32,000 bases of DNA from Candidatus Saccharimonadota bacterium (GCA_002952755.1 CP025011.1:660001-692000); one strand, 5' to 3'; counted from the stretch's first letter, positions 1-8,145 are shown. Made by a program: numbers and translations. Notes: generated by a model not told the origin, from the sequence alone.

Positions 1-535
1 AGGCAAGATGCTACGCGAGGACTACGTCGAGGAAATGATTGTAGCGGAACTTAAAAAGCTCGTCTGCCCGTCGCCGGAGATTATTGATTGGGTAGCCAAC
101 GCCATGCGCACGCAGTACAAAGACCGGATTGAAGAGCGTGAGCGCATTGTAGACACGCTAGGGGCTCAACTAAAGCGCATCGACACTATGGACGAGACTT
201 TGTACGATGACAAGCTCTCAGGCGAGATAAGTAAAGAAAGGTACGAGGAGAAGCATGGACTGTTCATGAAGCAGAAGGCCGAAATCGAGAGCCAACTTAA
301 CAACGTCGATGCGTCTATGAGCGAACGGCTGGAACAGCGCCTAGTAATCCTAGAACTATCCCAAAAAGCAGCCGATTTATACGCCAAGAAGACGCCAGAG
401 CAAAAACGCCTGATAATTTCCAAACTTTTCGAGAATCTAACCTTAAAAGGAGGTGTCGTATCTGTTAAATATTCAAAGTTCGCTCTAGCAATCGCCGATA
501 AAGTTCAAAAAACCCGTAATTTACTGGAGGCCTAA
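1..535 (+). CDS. large serine recombinase, C-terminal portion (5' end lies upstream of the window)
   Basis: The frame is open from the window edge (track ORF 8..535). The coiled-coil-rich tail contains LYDDKLSGEISKERYEEK, typical of the C-terminal domain of large serine recombinases. The catalytic N-terminal domain is not in the window. Confidence 0.7.
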   Translation, partial: GKMLREDYVEEMIVAELKKLVCPSPEIIDWVANAMRTQYKDRIEERERIVDTLGAQLKRIDTMDETLYDDKLSGEISKERYEEKHGLFMKQKAEIESQLNNVDASMSERLEQRLVILELSQKAADLYAKKTPEQKRLIISKLFENLTLKGGVVSVKYSKFALAIADKVQKTRNLLEA

Positions 536-809
536 AAATGACATTCCAAACCCCACAAAACGACCAAGCTAACAGATACAAAAACAGCTCCGAAGAACTG
601 TCTGACGAAATTTGTTCTATATGGCTGGGCATCACGTGCCTAGTAAAAACTTTTAATAGAGATGTGGGCGAGAAAATTAACGTCAACGAAATTTACGATT
701 TACTTGAGAAGGGTGATATAACAGCACCCGCTTGGTTGGTTGGCGGTTTAAAATACTCCAACATTTTATCACCACGCCACTATTTTACCATCCAGTCCAT
801 CAATGCAAC

Positions 810-1412
810 TTACTTCAAAACCTTGTACCGAATGTGGGTCGCAAGCCGAGTGCCACTGGCCTCCAAGGGTTCAAGCTTGAGGTTTGGCACACCATCAAAC
901 AAGCGAGCACCACTACCAATCGTAACGGGCGCAATATGCAGCCAGAGCTCGTCAATAAGGCCGGCCGCAAGATACTGGTTAACTGTGTTGGCGCCTCCGG
1001 CAATGCTTATTTTTCCACCCCCTGCAGCCTCTTGGGCTTGCCTGAAAGCCGACTCAATTCCATCGGTCACAAAGTGGAATGTTGTACCACCCTCCATTGG
1101 AATCGACTCTCGCGGGTTCTCGCAAAGCACAAAGACTGGAGCATGGTATGGAGGATTGTCACCCCACCAGCCCTCCCATTCTGGGTCGTCGCGCTTGTCT
1201 TTCGGCATAAACATGTTGCTGCCCATGATGAATGCACCGGCATCAACCAAATAATTGAGCATCTCATCCCTCTGCTTGTTGTCATCTTCGTCAAACATCC
1301 AGTGGTGCAACAGGTTCTCGGGGATATCGCCCATCGGGTTTTTCAGACTCTGGTTTGGACCTGCGACAAACCCATCCAGCGACATCGTGATTCCGCATGT
1401 AACTTTACTCAT
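810..1412 (-). CDS. dihydrofolate reductase family protein (RibD C-terminal domain-like)
   Basis: 200 aa. The N-terminus KVTCGITMSLDGFVAGP and the later GGANTVNQYLAAGLIDELWLHIAPVTIGSG fit the RibD_C/YwjB-like family. A GAGGA Shine-Dalgarno (SD) sits 8 nt upstream. Confidence 0.8.
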   Translation of the reverse strand: MSKVTCGITMSLDGFVAGPNQSLKNPMGDIPENLLHHWMFDEDDNKQRDEMLNYLVDAGAFIMGSNMFMPKDKRDDPEWEGWWGDNPPYHAPVFVLCENPRESIPMEGGTTFHFVTDGIESAFRQAQEAAGGGKISIAGGANTVNQYLAAGLIDELWLHIAPVTIGSGARLFDGVPNLKLEPLEASGTRLATHIRYKVLK

Positions 1413-1465
1413 GTGGGTATCCTCATTACTCTTTCTCTTAAATTATGGCTATTTGGCCTCTTTAC

Positions 1466-1981
1466 TTATTTACCTGGAGCCACCCATAGGGGGTAGAGGT
1501 GTTCTACTTCACCAAACCTGCTGCCAAAATCAGGCAGTTCTTTGTCGTCCACAAAGGCTGCAAGCCGATCGAGAATGACATGTGTACCAGGAGCAACGCC
1601 GGCAGTAGAGGTCAAGCCGCTCTGGGTAAACGTCAGTTCAGTACCGTTATCTTTTGGCTCTAAGGTCCAGGTTACCACGGTTTGTGCGCCACCTGGCATC
1701 TCAGGAACTGGCTCGTGATTATGCTCGTACTGAAACTGCTTAGGTTGATCCAAGACGGTAATTGGTCCCTGCCACGTGAACGGACCAGAATGGACGGTAA
1801 ATATTCCACCTACTTTCGGGTCAATTTCCGCTGTAGCGTTATACCATTTTCCAAATTGCTCTGGATCGGTCAGAGCTCGCCACACTACGTCTGTAGCATG
1901 TGGCAGGAACCGCTTAAATGTAAGTGTTGCATACCCATCTGCTGTTGTATCGACTGTACCCATTTGCATATCTTGATTCAC
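1466..1981 (-). CDS. SRPBCC/AHSA1-like family protein
   Basis: 171 aa with the FxRxxxxxxxxVWxAxTDPExxxxW pattern (LTFKRFLPHATDVVWRALTDPEQFGKWY). GTG start with an AGGGGA SD 7 nt upstream. It lies directly downstream of the ArsR gene, a common pairing. Confidence 0.75.
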   Translation of the reverse strand: MNQDMQMGTVDTTADGYATLTFKRFLPHATDVVWRALTDPEQFGKWYNATAEIDPKVGGIFTVHSGPFTWQGPITVLDQPKQFQYEHNHEPVPEMPGGAQTVVTWTLEPKDNGTELTFTQSGLTSTAGVAPGTHVILDRLAAFVDDKELPDFGSRFGEVEHLYPLWVAPGK

Positions 1982-1997
1982 TTTATCTTCCCCTTTA

Positions 1998-2294
1998 TTA
2001 CTGACTTAGATGATGCTCTAATGCGTCTAAGCGCTCGGACATACACTTTTGTTGTAGCTGAACCCAACTTTCCACTTCGGCTAAGCCATCCGCCCGCACA
2101 GTATACAAGCGCTTTTGTTTATCTGCGCGTGACTGTACGAGGCCAGCTTTCTTCAAAATCTTGAGGTGTTGCGAGATAGTTGGTGCTTTGAATGAAAACC
2201 GCTCCACGATTTCACCTACCGATGTTTCACCGCGAACAATATATTCGAAAATGTTACGACGAGTTGGATCGGCTAGAGCTGCGAATGTATCCAT
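1998..2294 (-). CDS. ArsR/SmtB family transcriptional regulator
   Basis: 98 aa. ALADPTRRNIFEYI...ISQHLKILKKAGLV is the winged-helix HTH signature of the ArsR family. Confidence 0.85.
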   Translation of the reverse strand: MDTFAALADPTRRNIFEYIVRGETSVGEIVERFSFKAPTISQHLKILKKAGLVQSRADKQKRLYTVRADGLAEVESWVQLQQKCMSERLDALEHHLSQ

Positions 2295-2300
2295 GCTACG

Positions 2301-2329
2301 ATAATAAGGTAATCGACTAATTAAGTCAA
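2301..2329 (-). promoter_or_regulatory. sigma70-like promoter of the ArsR operon, predicting a leaderless mRNA
   Basis: On the minus strand: TTGACT (2329-2324), a 17-nt spacer, TATTAT (2306-2301), then 6 nt to the ATG at 2294. No SD is present. Confidence 0.5.
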
Positions 2330-2394
2330 TGGCTAAATATTCTAACGCGCTAGCAGGTATGGAATAATATTAAAATTACAGATGTTCGCTCGAG

Positions 2395-2436
2395 CATAGT
2401 ACAAAGCCCTACCATTCGGCAGAGCTTTGTACTATG
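2395..2436 (-). terminator. 13-bp perfect inverted repeat immediately 3' of tRNA-Gln (possible terminator or processing hairpin)
   Basis: CATAGTACAAAGC (2395-2407) pairs with GCTTTGTACTATG (2424-2436) around a 16-nt loop. The right arm overlaps two bases of the tRNA CCA end. No U tract follows. Confidence 0.35.
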
Positions 2437-2508
2437 GCTGGGGATGAGGGATTCGAACCCCCGATCACGGGACCAGAACCCGTTGCCTTACCACTTGGCC
2501 AATCCCCA
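2435..2508 (-). tRNA. tRNA-Gln (anticodon CUG), CCA encoded
   Basis: Hand-folded cloverleaf. The acceptor stem TGGGGAT/ATCCCCA has U1-A72 and discriminator G73. The anticodon stem is ACGGG/CCCGT with loop TTCTGGT. The T arm is GGGGG-TTCGAAT-CCCTC. The gene ends in CCA at 2437-2435. Confidence 0.9.
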
Positions 2509-2630
2509 TTGACAGATTGGATTGTACCAAAAAGCCACCCCTTTGGCTAGCCACATCCAAGCGTTCCAACATTCGTTTGGTACGGCAGGCAAATGCTGCT
2601 ACTATTATCTCTATTAACAATTAAGAAATA

Positions 2631-2745
2631 TACAGAGTGCAGGGAGAGATCTAGCTTGTTGATCTGCCAGCAACCTATCCGGTCGCAGGATAAGGTGCTC
2701 CATCTAGCCCGCTGGGACGGGGAAGATGTTTTGTCTCTTTAGAGA
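2631..2745 (+). promoter_or_regulatory. SAM riboswitch aptamer, SAM-I superfamily (SAM-I / SAM-IV / SAM-I-IV-like core)
   Basis: It lies directly upstream of metK. Core-like strings are GAGTGCAGGGAGAG, CCAGCAACC (compare CCGGCAACC) and AAGGTGCTCC (compare AAGGTGCCAA). A P3-like hairpin TATCC-GGTCGCA-GGATA and a P2-like AGATC...GATCT are present. The subclass could not be resolved by eye. Confidence 0.55.
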
Positions 2746-2748
2746 TGA

Positions 2749-2783
2749 TCCTTTCTGCGTTGCCAAGCAGAAAGGATATTTTT
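2749..2783 (+). promoter_or_regulatory. expression-platform hairpin that sequesters the metK Shine-Dalgarno, followed by a T tract
   Basis: TCCTTTCTGC (2749-2758) pairs with GCAGAAAGGA (2767-2776). The right arm contains the SD AGAAAGGA. It is followed by TATTTTT and then the ATG at 2784. Confidence 0.5.
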
Positions 2784-3899
2784 ATGTCAAAAAAAGTACG
2801 TCTATTTACGAGCGAGTCGGTTTGTGCTGGGCATCCTGACAAAATTGCCGATGCCATCTCTGATGCCATTGTCGATGCGGCTTTAGCGAGCGACCCTGAT
2901 TCCCACTGCGCCATCGAGACCGTAGCTGGAGCAAACCAGATTTGCTTGTTTGGTGAAATCAAAACCAAGGCAAAAATCAATTACGAGCAAGTGGCGCGCG
3001 ACGTAGTGAAGCGCTTGGGCTACACCAAGCCGGAGTGGGGATTTAGCCAGGAGTCGATCTTTAGTAATGATATCCATGAGCAATCGCCCGAGATTGCTAT
3101 GGGCGTGGATAATGACGGTGCCGGTGACCAGGGTATGATGTTCGGCTACGCCTGCAACGAAACGCCTGAGTTGATGCCGCTGCCGATCACCCTTGCGCAC
3201 GCGCTCACCAGACGGATCGACGAAGTCCGCGAGACGGGCGTGTTGCAGTGGCTACGCCCTGACGGCAAGTCTCAGGTGACGGTGCGGTACCAGGATGATA
3301 AGCCGGTAGCTATCGAAAAGTTAGTGGCTGCCGTTGCCCATAGCGAAGAAACATCTGCCGAAAGGGTCCGTGCCGATGTCATTGAACATGTGTTTACTCC
3401 GGTGCTTACCAAGTACGGCTTCGATCTGCCGAAAGATGCAGATATCGTAGTGAATGGTACTGGCCTATGGCATATTCCTGGCCCAGAGTCGGATGCTGGC
3501 CTTACTGGCCGCAAGATTGTAGTCGATACTTATGGTGGCTACGCTCGTGTGGGCGGCGGTGCATTCAGCGGCAAGGAACCCCACAAGGTGGATCGCTCCG
3601 GCGCCTATGCTGCACGCTATATTGCTAAAAACATCGTAGCCGCAGGTCTCGCCGATAAGTGTGAGGTGGGCCTTGCGTATGTTATCGGGCAGCCGTTGCC
3701 ATTGATGCAGACGATCGAGACCTTTGGCACCGCGACGGTAAGTGATGAAGAACTCCATGCCTTTAAGGATCAACTCATTGACACCTCAGTAAAGGGCATT
3801 ATCGAGGCGCTCGATTTGTGCCGTCCGATATACAGCGCCACCAGCGCCTACGGGCACTTCGGCAAAGAGGGCCTTCCCTGGGAAAAGATTAAAAAATAG
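2784..3899 (+). CDS. metK: S-adenosylmethionine synthetase
   Basis: The start MSKKVRLFTSESVCAGHPDKIADAISDAIVD was chosen over the track start at 2745. GAGDQGMMFGYA, DAGLTGRKIVVDTYGG and GGGAFSGKEPHKVDRSGAY are classic MetK motifs. Confidence 0.95.
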   Translation: MSKKVRLFTSESVCAGHPDKIADAISDAIVDAALASDPDSHCAIETVAGANQICLFGEIKTKAKINYEQVARDVVKRLGYTKPEWGFSQESIFSNDIHEQSPEIAMGVDNDGAGDQGMMFGYACNETPELMPLPITLAHALTRRIDEVRETGVLQWLRPDGKSQVTVRYQDDKPVAIEKLVAAVAHSEETSAERVRADVIEHVFTPVLTKYGFDLPKDADIVVNGTGLWHIPGPESDAGLTGRKIVVDTYGGYARVGGGAFSGKEPHKVDRSGAYAARYIAKNIVAAGLADKCEVGLAYVIGQPLPLMQTIETFGTATVSDEELHAFKDQLIDTSVKGIIEALDLCRPIYSATSAYGHFGKEGLPWEKIKK

Positions 3900-3914
3900 T
3901 GTAAAATAGAGCTA

Positions 3915-4310
3915 ATGAGAACAATCGTGGCCGCTGGCGGTATTTTGTTTGACGATGGGCGTATTTTGCTTGTCAAACAGCCAGCGGGCTACGGCTTTAT
4001 ACGGGGTCCGCTGCAGTTCAACGAAACGTCAGAGCAGGCGGCTGCACGGGAAATGCGCGAGGAATCCAGCTTTATTGCCACGCCTGTGCGATATATCGGC
4101 AGGGTGGTTCGCCCCAGCCGGGAAGAGGGTGGCGAACCGGTAGAAAAGCAGATCGACTTATTTGCCATGCAGTTAATTGGTCAAGACCCGGTCCATAATG
4201 CCGAGAAGACCATCGTCTGGGTGCCATACGATGAAGCCATCGCCCGCATGTGGCATCCTGAAGAATCTCGCTTTTTAGAAGAGCACCGCAGCGATTTTTT
4301 TGGCGCGTAG
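3915..4310 (+). CDS. NUDIX hydrolase
   Basis: 131 aa with an intact Nudix box, GPLQFNETSEQAAAREMREESSF (Gx5Ex7REUxEExxU). Confidence 0.8.
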   Translation: MRTIVAAGGILFDDGRILLVKQPAGYGFIRGPLQFNETSEQAAAREMREESSFIATPVRYIGRVVRPSREEGGEPVEKQIDLFAMQLIGQDPVHNAEKTIVWVPYDEAIARMWHPEESRFLEEHRSDFFGA

Positions 4311-4323
4311 TAGAAATAAAAGT

Positions 4324-4764
4324 CTAAGAAGCAGTAACCGTGCCCACTAATTGGGCTTGACTCAGAATGTGACCTAGCAGTGCTGCGTGCAGATCAGGTA
4401 AAGGGGCGCCCATTGGTACATCGAGCAATCTATCGAGGGCATAAAGATCAAACAAGTAATGATGGGTGCCGGATGGTGGTGCGGGAGGTGTGTAGCCGAC
4501 AGTGCCTATATCGTTCGTACCCTGGCACACACCTTTAGGCAGGGCATTTTGAGACAGCAGAGTTGTAGTGGGTGGGATATTCCAGACTGTCCAATGTGTA
4601 AAATCGCCGCGCGGAGCATCAGGGTCGTGAACTATAAGGGCTAGAGCAACGGTACCCGGCGGAATATTGGCAATGACCAGCGGAGGCGCAGTGCCAACGC
4701 CCCGCGCGGTAAATTCTGTAGGTATCAGTTGGTCGGCGGCAAAGGTCGGGCTACTGAGTTCCAT
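4324..4764 (-). CDS. YbhB/YbcL-family PEBP (Raf-kinase-inhibitor-like) protein
   Basis: 146 aa. DPDAPxxxFxHWxxWNIP and GYTPPAPPSGTHHYLFDLYALD are family signatures. Confidence 0.85.
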   Translation of the reverse strand: MELSSPTFAADQLIPTEFTARGVGTAPPLVIANIPPGTVALALIVHDPDAPRGDFTHWTVWNIPPTTTLLSQNALPKGVCQGTNDIGTVGYTPPAPPSGTHHYLFDLYALDRLLDVPMGAPLPDLHAALLGHILSQAQLVGTVTAS

Positions 4765-4888
4765 CCTGCACCACCTGGATTGGGCTGGTGAGGGTGCCGG
4801 TTGTTTTCGGCGACCCCAGTTTCGTGATTGCCACGACTGTTAAAACGAGCAAAGTAAAGAGCGTGATAGTACTTATGATTTGTTTCAT
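4751..4888 (-). CDS. 45-aa ORF encoding a signal-anchor-like peptide, overlapping the PEBP start in another frame
   Basis: Hand translation gives MKQIISTITLFTLLVLTVVAITKLGSPKTTGTLTSPIQVVQDGTQ*. It has one hydrophobic helix. Its stop (4753-4751) lies 11 nt inside the PEBP ORF. It is below the track threshold. Confidence 0.3.
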   Translation of the reverse strand: MKQIISTITLFTLLVLTVVAITKLGSPKTTGTLTSPIQVVQDGTQ

Positions 4889-4973
4889 GTGTAGCTCACA
4901 GTATAGAGTTGTCGTTTGCATGCGTCAAATGCTCTATCGGCTGAAACAGTGTATATAATTGCCTTTTGCTTAG

Positions 4974-5672
4974 GTGTTGGTGTTTTCACACACAAAGCAT
5001 CTATTTTTATTTTATGCTAAGACGGTGGCGAATCAGGCATACCACAAAATTACTTTTAAAGCCGATAGACCGGTGGATGCAAAAGACACCCTTTCTCATT
5101 TTGATTATGATTTGCAACCACTTGCAGATATCGCCTTAAGAGCGGCTACTAGCAATGGCGATGTATATTCTATAGGTAATCCGAGTGAACACAGGGTGAA
5201 TAAGGATTTATATCCCGCCGTATACATTGGGCGTGCTATGCTCCGCTTGCTACTGAGTGCCGAAGCGTTTAAAAGTCAGTCCCGGCCGACCGTCATCGAT
5301 GGATATGAGCTCTTTGAGAAATCGTTAGATGGAAATCGTGCACAGGCATGTAATGATATGTTTGGATGGTCGGAATCGTCTGAAAATGCGAGGATCGCAA
5401 TGAGGTATTTGCGTTTAGACTCGTTTAGTTCCGAAGATTTACCCGGTATAGAGTTAACGGCAACAACCGGCATTCCAGAAACAGATTTTTATCGTATTTT
5501 TGCCGCGACTATTCTTGCAAACAATGATGAGCTTCCGGCCCCTCTCAGCAGTTTCAATTCACTGAGTATTATCGCTGGCGAGGTAGATCGACACGGCTTT
5601 TTGGGGCCTCCAACGCATTGGGCATCTCCGTTCGATTGCCTTGGTGCGTGGGCGGATGTGTTGCGGCTTTAG
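4974..5672 (+). CDS. hypothetical protein
   Basis: 232-aa ORF with no motif I recognise. The start is uncertain: GTG at 4974 is the first codon after an in-frame stop, and TATAAT lies at 4954-4959. Its 3' end overlaps rarA by 4 bp. Confidence 0.5.
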   Translation: MLVFSHTKHLFLFYAKTVANQAYHKITFKADRPVDAKDTLSHFDYDLQPLADIALRAATSNGDVYSIGNPSEHRVNKDLYPAVYIGRAMLRLLLSAEAFKSQSRPTVIDGYELFEKSLDGNRAQACNDMFGWSESSENARIAMRYLRLDSFSSEDLPGIELTATTGIPETDFYRIFAATILANNDELPAPLSSFNSLSIIAGEVDRHGFLGPPTHWASPFDCLGAWADVLRL

Positions 5673-6847
5673 GGAAAGAAGTCTGCATCGTGCAGTTCGG
5701 GCGGCAGAAAACCAGCTTCGTGTTTAAAATTGGCTTTCCATTCGTAGCCAGCATTGTAGCCCAGATCTTTCATAAGTTTAGTAGGAGCGTTTCGCAGATG
5801 TAAGGGCACGGGCAAATCGGGATGTTCACGAGCGGCAGTTTGTGCGGCGTGCATAGCGCTCGCGACTTCACGGGATTTTGGTGCTTTAGCCAGCACCGTA
5901 GCACAGTGGTAGAGTGTATATTGGCACTCGGGTAGGCCGATACGCTCCACGGCCTGAAATGTTGAAACGGCTAAATTGAGTGCGGCTGGGGCGGCGATTC
6001 CTATGTCTTCTGAAGCAAAGATAATCATTCGCCTAGCTATAAATTTTGGATCTTCGCCGGCTTGAAGCATGCGGGCCATATAGTAGAGCGCCGCGGTTGG
6101 ACTAGAACCACGCATGCTTTTGATAAACGCGCTGATGATGTTGTAGTGTTGCTCGCCTGCTTTATCATAGCCAGGCACGCGTTTTTGGGCCGCAGTTGTA
6201 ATAATGTCAGTGGTGATCGGCCCGTTACTCAGTTGGAGTGCCAGTTCCAGATTGCCGAGCGCGATGCGGGCGTCGCCACCGGATAATTCTGCCAACAGCC
6301 CAATGCTTTTGGCGGGCAGGCGCTTTGCGGTGAGGCCTTCTGCTTTAGCGGTCTTTTTGAGAATGGCGGCGATGTCGTCTTTAGTCAGCGGCTCAAGAAC
6401 GAGAACACGGGAGCGACTCAGTAGCGGAGTAATGACCTCAAAGCTAGGGTTCTCGGTAGTTGCGCCGATGAGCACTAGCGTGCCATCCTCGACGTAGGGC
6501 AAGAAAGCGTCTTGTTGTGCTTTGCTAAAGCGGTGGATCTCATCAACAAAAAGGATAGTCCGCATGCCCAGGCGCTGATTAGCCTGAGCTTCGGCAACCA
6601 CCCGCGTGACGTCAGCTTTTTTGGCTGTAACTGCGCTTAGCTCTACGAACTCCGCTCCTGTCTCACGGGCGATAATCCGCGCCAAAGTTGTTTTACCAGT
6701 GCCGGGCGGACCCCATAAAATAAGGCTGGTAGGCTGCTTACGCTCGATAATTTGCCGGATGATCTGGCCTTGCTCAAGCAGATGTTTCTGGCCAATGACT
6801 TGGTCGAGACTGGTTGGACGCATACGTTCGGCAAGTGGCTCGTGCAT
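5669..6847 (-). CDS. rarA: replication-associated recombination protein A (AAA+ ATPase)
   Basis: Walker A is GPPGTGKTTLARIIA, and the MgsA/RarA C-terminal region is conserved. The start MHEPLAERMRPTSLDQVIGQ was chosen over the track start at 6934. Confidence 0.9.
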   Translation of the reverse strand: MHEPLAERMRPTSLDQVIGQKHLLEQGQIIRQIIERKQPTSLILWGPPGTGKTTLARIIARETGAEFVELSAVTAKKADVTRVVAEAQANQRLGMRTILFVDEIHRFSKAQQDAFLPYVEDGTLVLIGATTENPSFEVITPLLSRSRVLVLEPLTKDDIAAILKKTAKAEGLTAKRLPAKSIGLLAELSGGDARIALGNLELALQLSNGPITTDIITTAAQKRVPGYDKAGEQHYNIISAFIKSMRGSSPTAALYYMARMLQAGEDPKFIARRMIIFASEDIGIAAPAALNLAVSTFQAVERIGLPECQYTLYHCATVLAKAPKSREVASAMHAAQTAAREHPDLPVPLHLRNAPTKLMKDLGYNAGYEWKANFKHEAGFLPPELHDADFFP

Positions 6848-6967
6848 AATCTGTAGTATACGACGCCGCTGTCTGTTTGACACTGCACGATTTTGTTCGT
6901 ATAGACATACTATATGGACGGACAGCGCGGGCAACAGTTTCCGTGCGCGGAATTTTGACGTAACCGG

Positions 6968-7108
6968 TTAAGGAAGTCTGAAAGCTGCGCTTTTGGCGGC
7001 ATGCTTCCAGAGCACGATATGGCGATTCTGGTCATGGAAACGTGCACTAACCCCGCATTCTTTGTAGAAATCTGCGATCAAGGCGGTTTGGAGGTCCGGG
7101 AATAACAC
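6968..7108 (-). CDS. possible small ORF (about 46 aa) between the CNNM/CBS gene and rarA
   Basis: Hand translation gives (V)LFPDLQTALIADFYKECGVSARFHDQNRHIVLWKHAAKSAAFRLP*. It has a GTG start with AAGGTG upstream. No family was recognised, and it is below the track threshold. Confidence 0.2.
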   Translation of the reverse strand: MLFPDLQTALIADFYKECGVSARFHDQNRHIVLWKHAAKSAAFRLP

Positions 7109-7140
7109 CTTCACACCTTACGCTGGATTAGGCGAATCCT

Positions 7141-8145
7141 CTATTTCTGACGTTTGAGCTTGGGGACCTTGCTGCGCTTGCGCCGATCGGTTTCGTCTTC
7201 TATTTCGTGGCCGACGATTTCTTCCAGTAGGTCTTCGATGGTGACGATGCCGACGATCTTATCATCGCGCTCCACAGGCAGTAGATGTGCGCCACCGGAA
7301 ATAAATCTGCGGAACATAGTATCGAGGGCGGTCATACTCCCAACGACCTGAACCGGGTACAGCGGCAATTCGTGCGCCATCACTGATTGGCGATCAAAGT
7401 CTACATCCACCATGTCTTTCATGAGGAGTAAGCCAAAACAGATAGTGCGTTGCTTATTGAGTACCGGGATGCGGCTCCAGCCGTGCGTTTTGATTTCGTT
7501 GATCTTAACAGAATCGATGTGGTCGCTTGGGGTTAGCCAATAGACGTTGCGGATAGGGGTCATGATGTCACGTACCCGTTTTTCGCTTAGCTGCAAGGCG
7601 CCACGGATAATCTCTACCTCATCCTCGTCGAGTTCGCTATTGGTATCACCGAGGTGCTCGGAGATCATGATGCCCAATTCCCGTCGGCTCTGTAGTTGAT
7701 TAGTCTCTTCGCCGAAAAGGTGGTCAAGTAATAATTGGAGCGGTTTAGAAACAGGGTAGGTAATGATAATCATGATGCGAAGCAATGTGGATAGTTTGGC
7801 GGTGAAATGGAGCGCTTGTTTGGCGAACAACGCCTGCGGCATAATTTCGCCAAAGATAACGATGAGCAGTGTGCTGATAACGCCGGCCAATAGCCCGCCA
7901 GTGAAGTTTTCGAGCACCAGCGAGGTTGCTGAAACGGCGGCCACGTTTGTAAGTAGTATGGCTGCCAAGCTCAGATGGCTGTTTTTACGTAGTGGCAACA
8001 CGCGCGATGCGTCCTTATTGCCAATTTTTGCTTTGCGGCGCAGATCGGCTGTGCCGAGCGACATGAGGGCAATGTTAAGCCCAGAGCAAATTGCCGACAG
8101 AGCAATTAACAATAAGACCTCGATGCAAAGAGTAAGTGCACCCAC
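7141..8145 (-). CDS. CNNM/DUF21 transmembrane domain plus CBS-pair protein (hemolysin/CorC-TlyC family)
   Basis: 334 aa. The N-terminal multi-pass membrane region is followed by a CBS pair (VRDIMTPR..., VGIVTIEDLLEEIVG). It ends in a basic tail rather than a CorC_HlyC domain. GTG start. Confidence 0.8.
   Translation of the reverse strand: MGALTLCIEVLLLIALSAICSGLNIALMSLGTADLRRKAKIGNKDASRVLPLRKNSHLSLAAILLTNVAAVSATSLVLENFTGGLLAGVISTLLIVIFGEIMPQALFAKQALHFTAKLSTLLRIMIIITYPVSKPLQLLLDHLFGEETNQLQSRRELGIMISEHLGDTNSELDEDEVEIIRGALQLSEKRVRDIMTPIRNVYWLTPSDHIDSVKINEIKTHGWSRIPVLNKQRTICFGLLLMKDMVDVDFDRQSVMAHELPLYPVQVVGSMTALDTMFRRFISGGAHLLPVERDDKIVGIVTIEDLLEEIVGHEIEDETDRRKRSKVPKLKRQK

Noticed and set aside
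538-1496. Track ORFs 538..1254 and 732..1496 on the plus strand (238 and 254 aa).
   Set aside because: Beyond about 810 they run antisense through the DHFR-family gene, which has clear family motifs. Their products are low-complexity and unrecognisable. Only the first ~270 nt of the 538 ORF is kept as a possible truncated gene (see findings).
5669-6934. N-terminal extensions suggested by the track for rarA (to 6934), yajQ (to 24899), metK (from 2745), the PspC protein (from 22904), the GH63-like gene (to 22652) and PAP2 (from 15678).
   Set aside because: The extensions precede the conserved family N-termini and overlap upstream genes or regulatory elements. In several cases a -10 hexamer sits just upstream of the shorter start.
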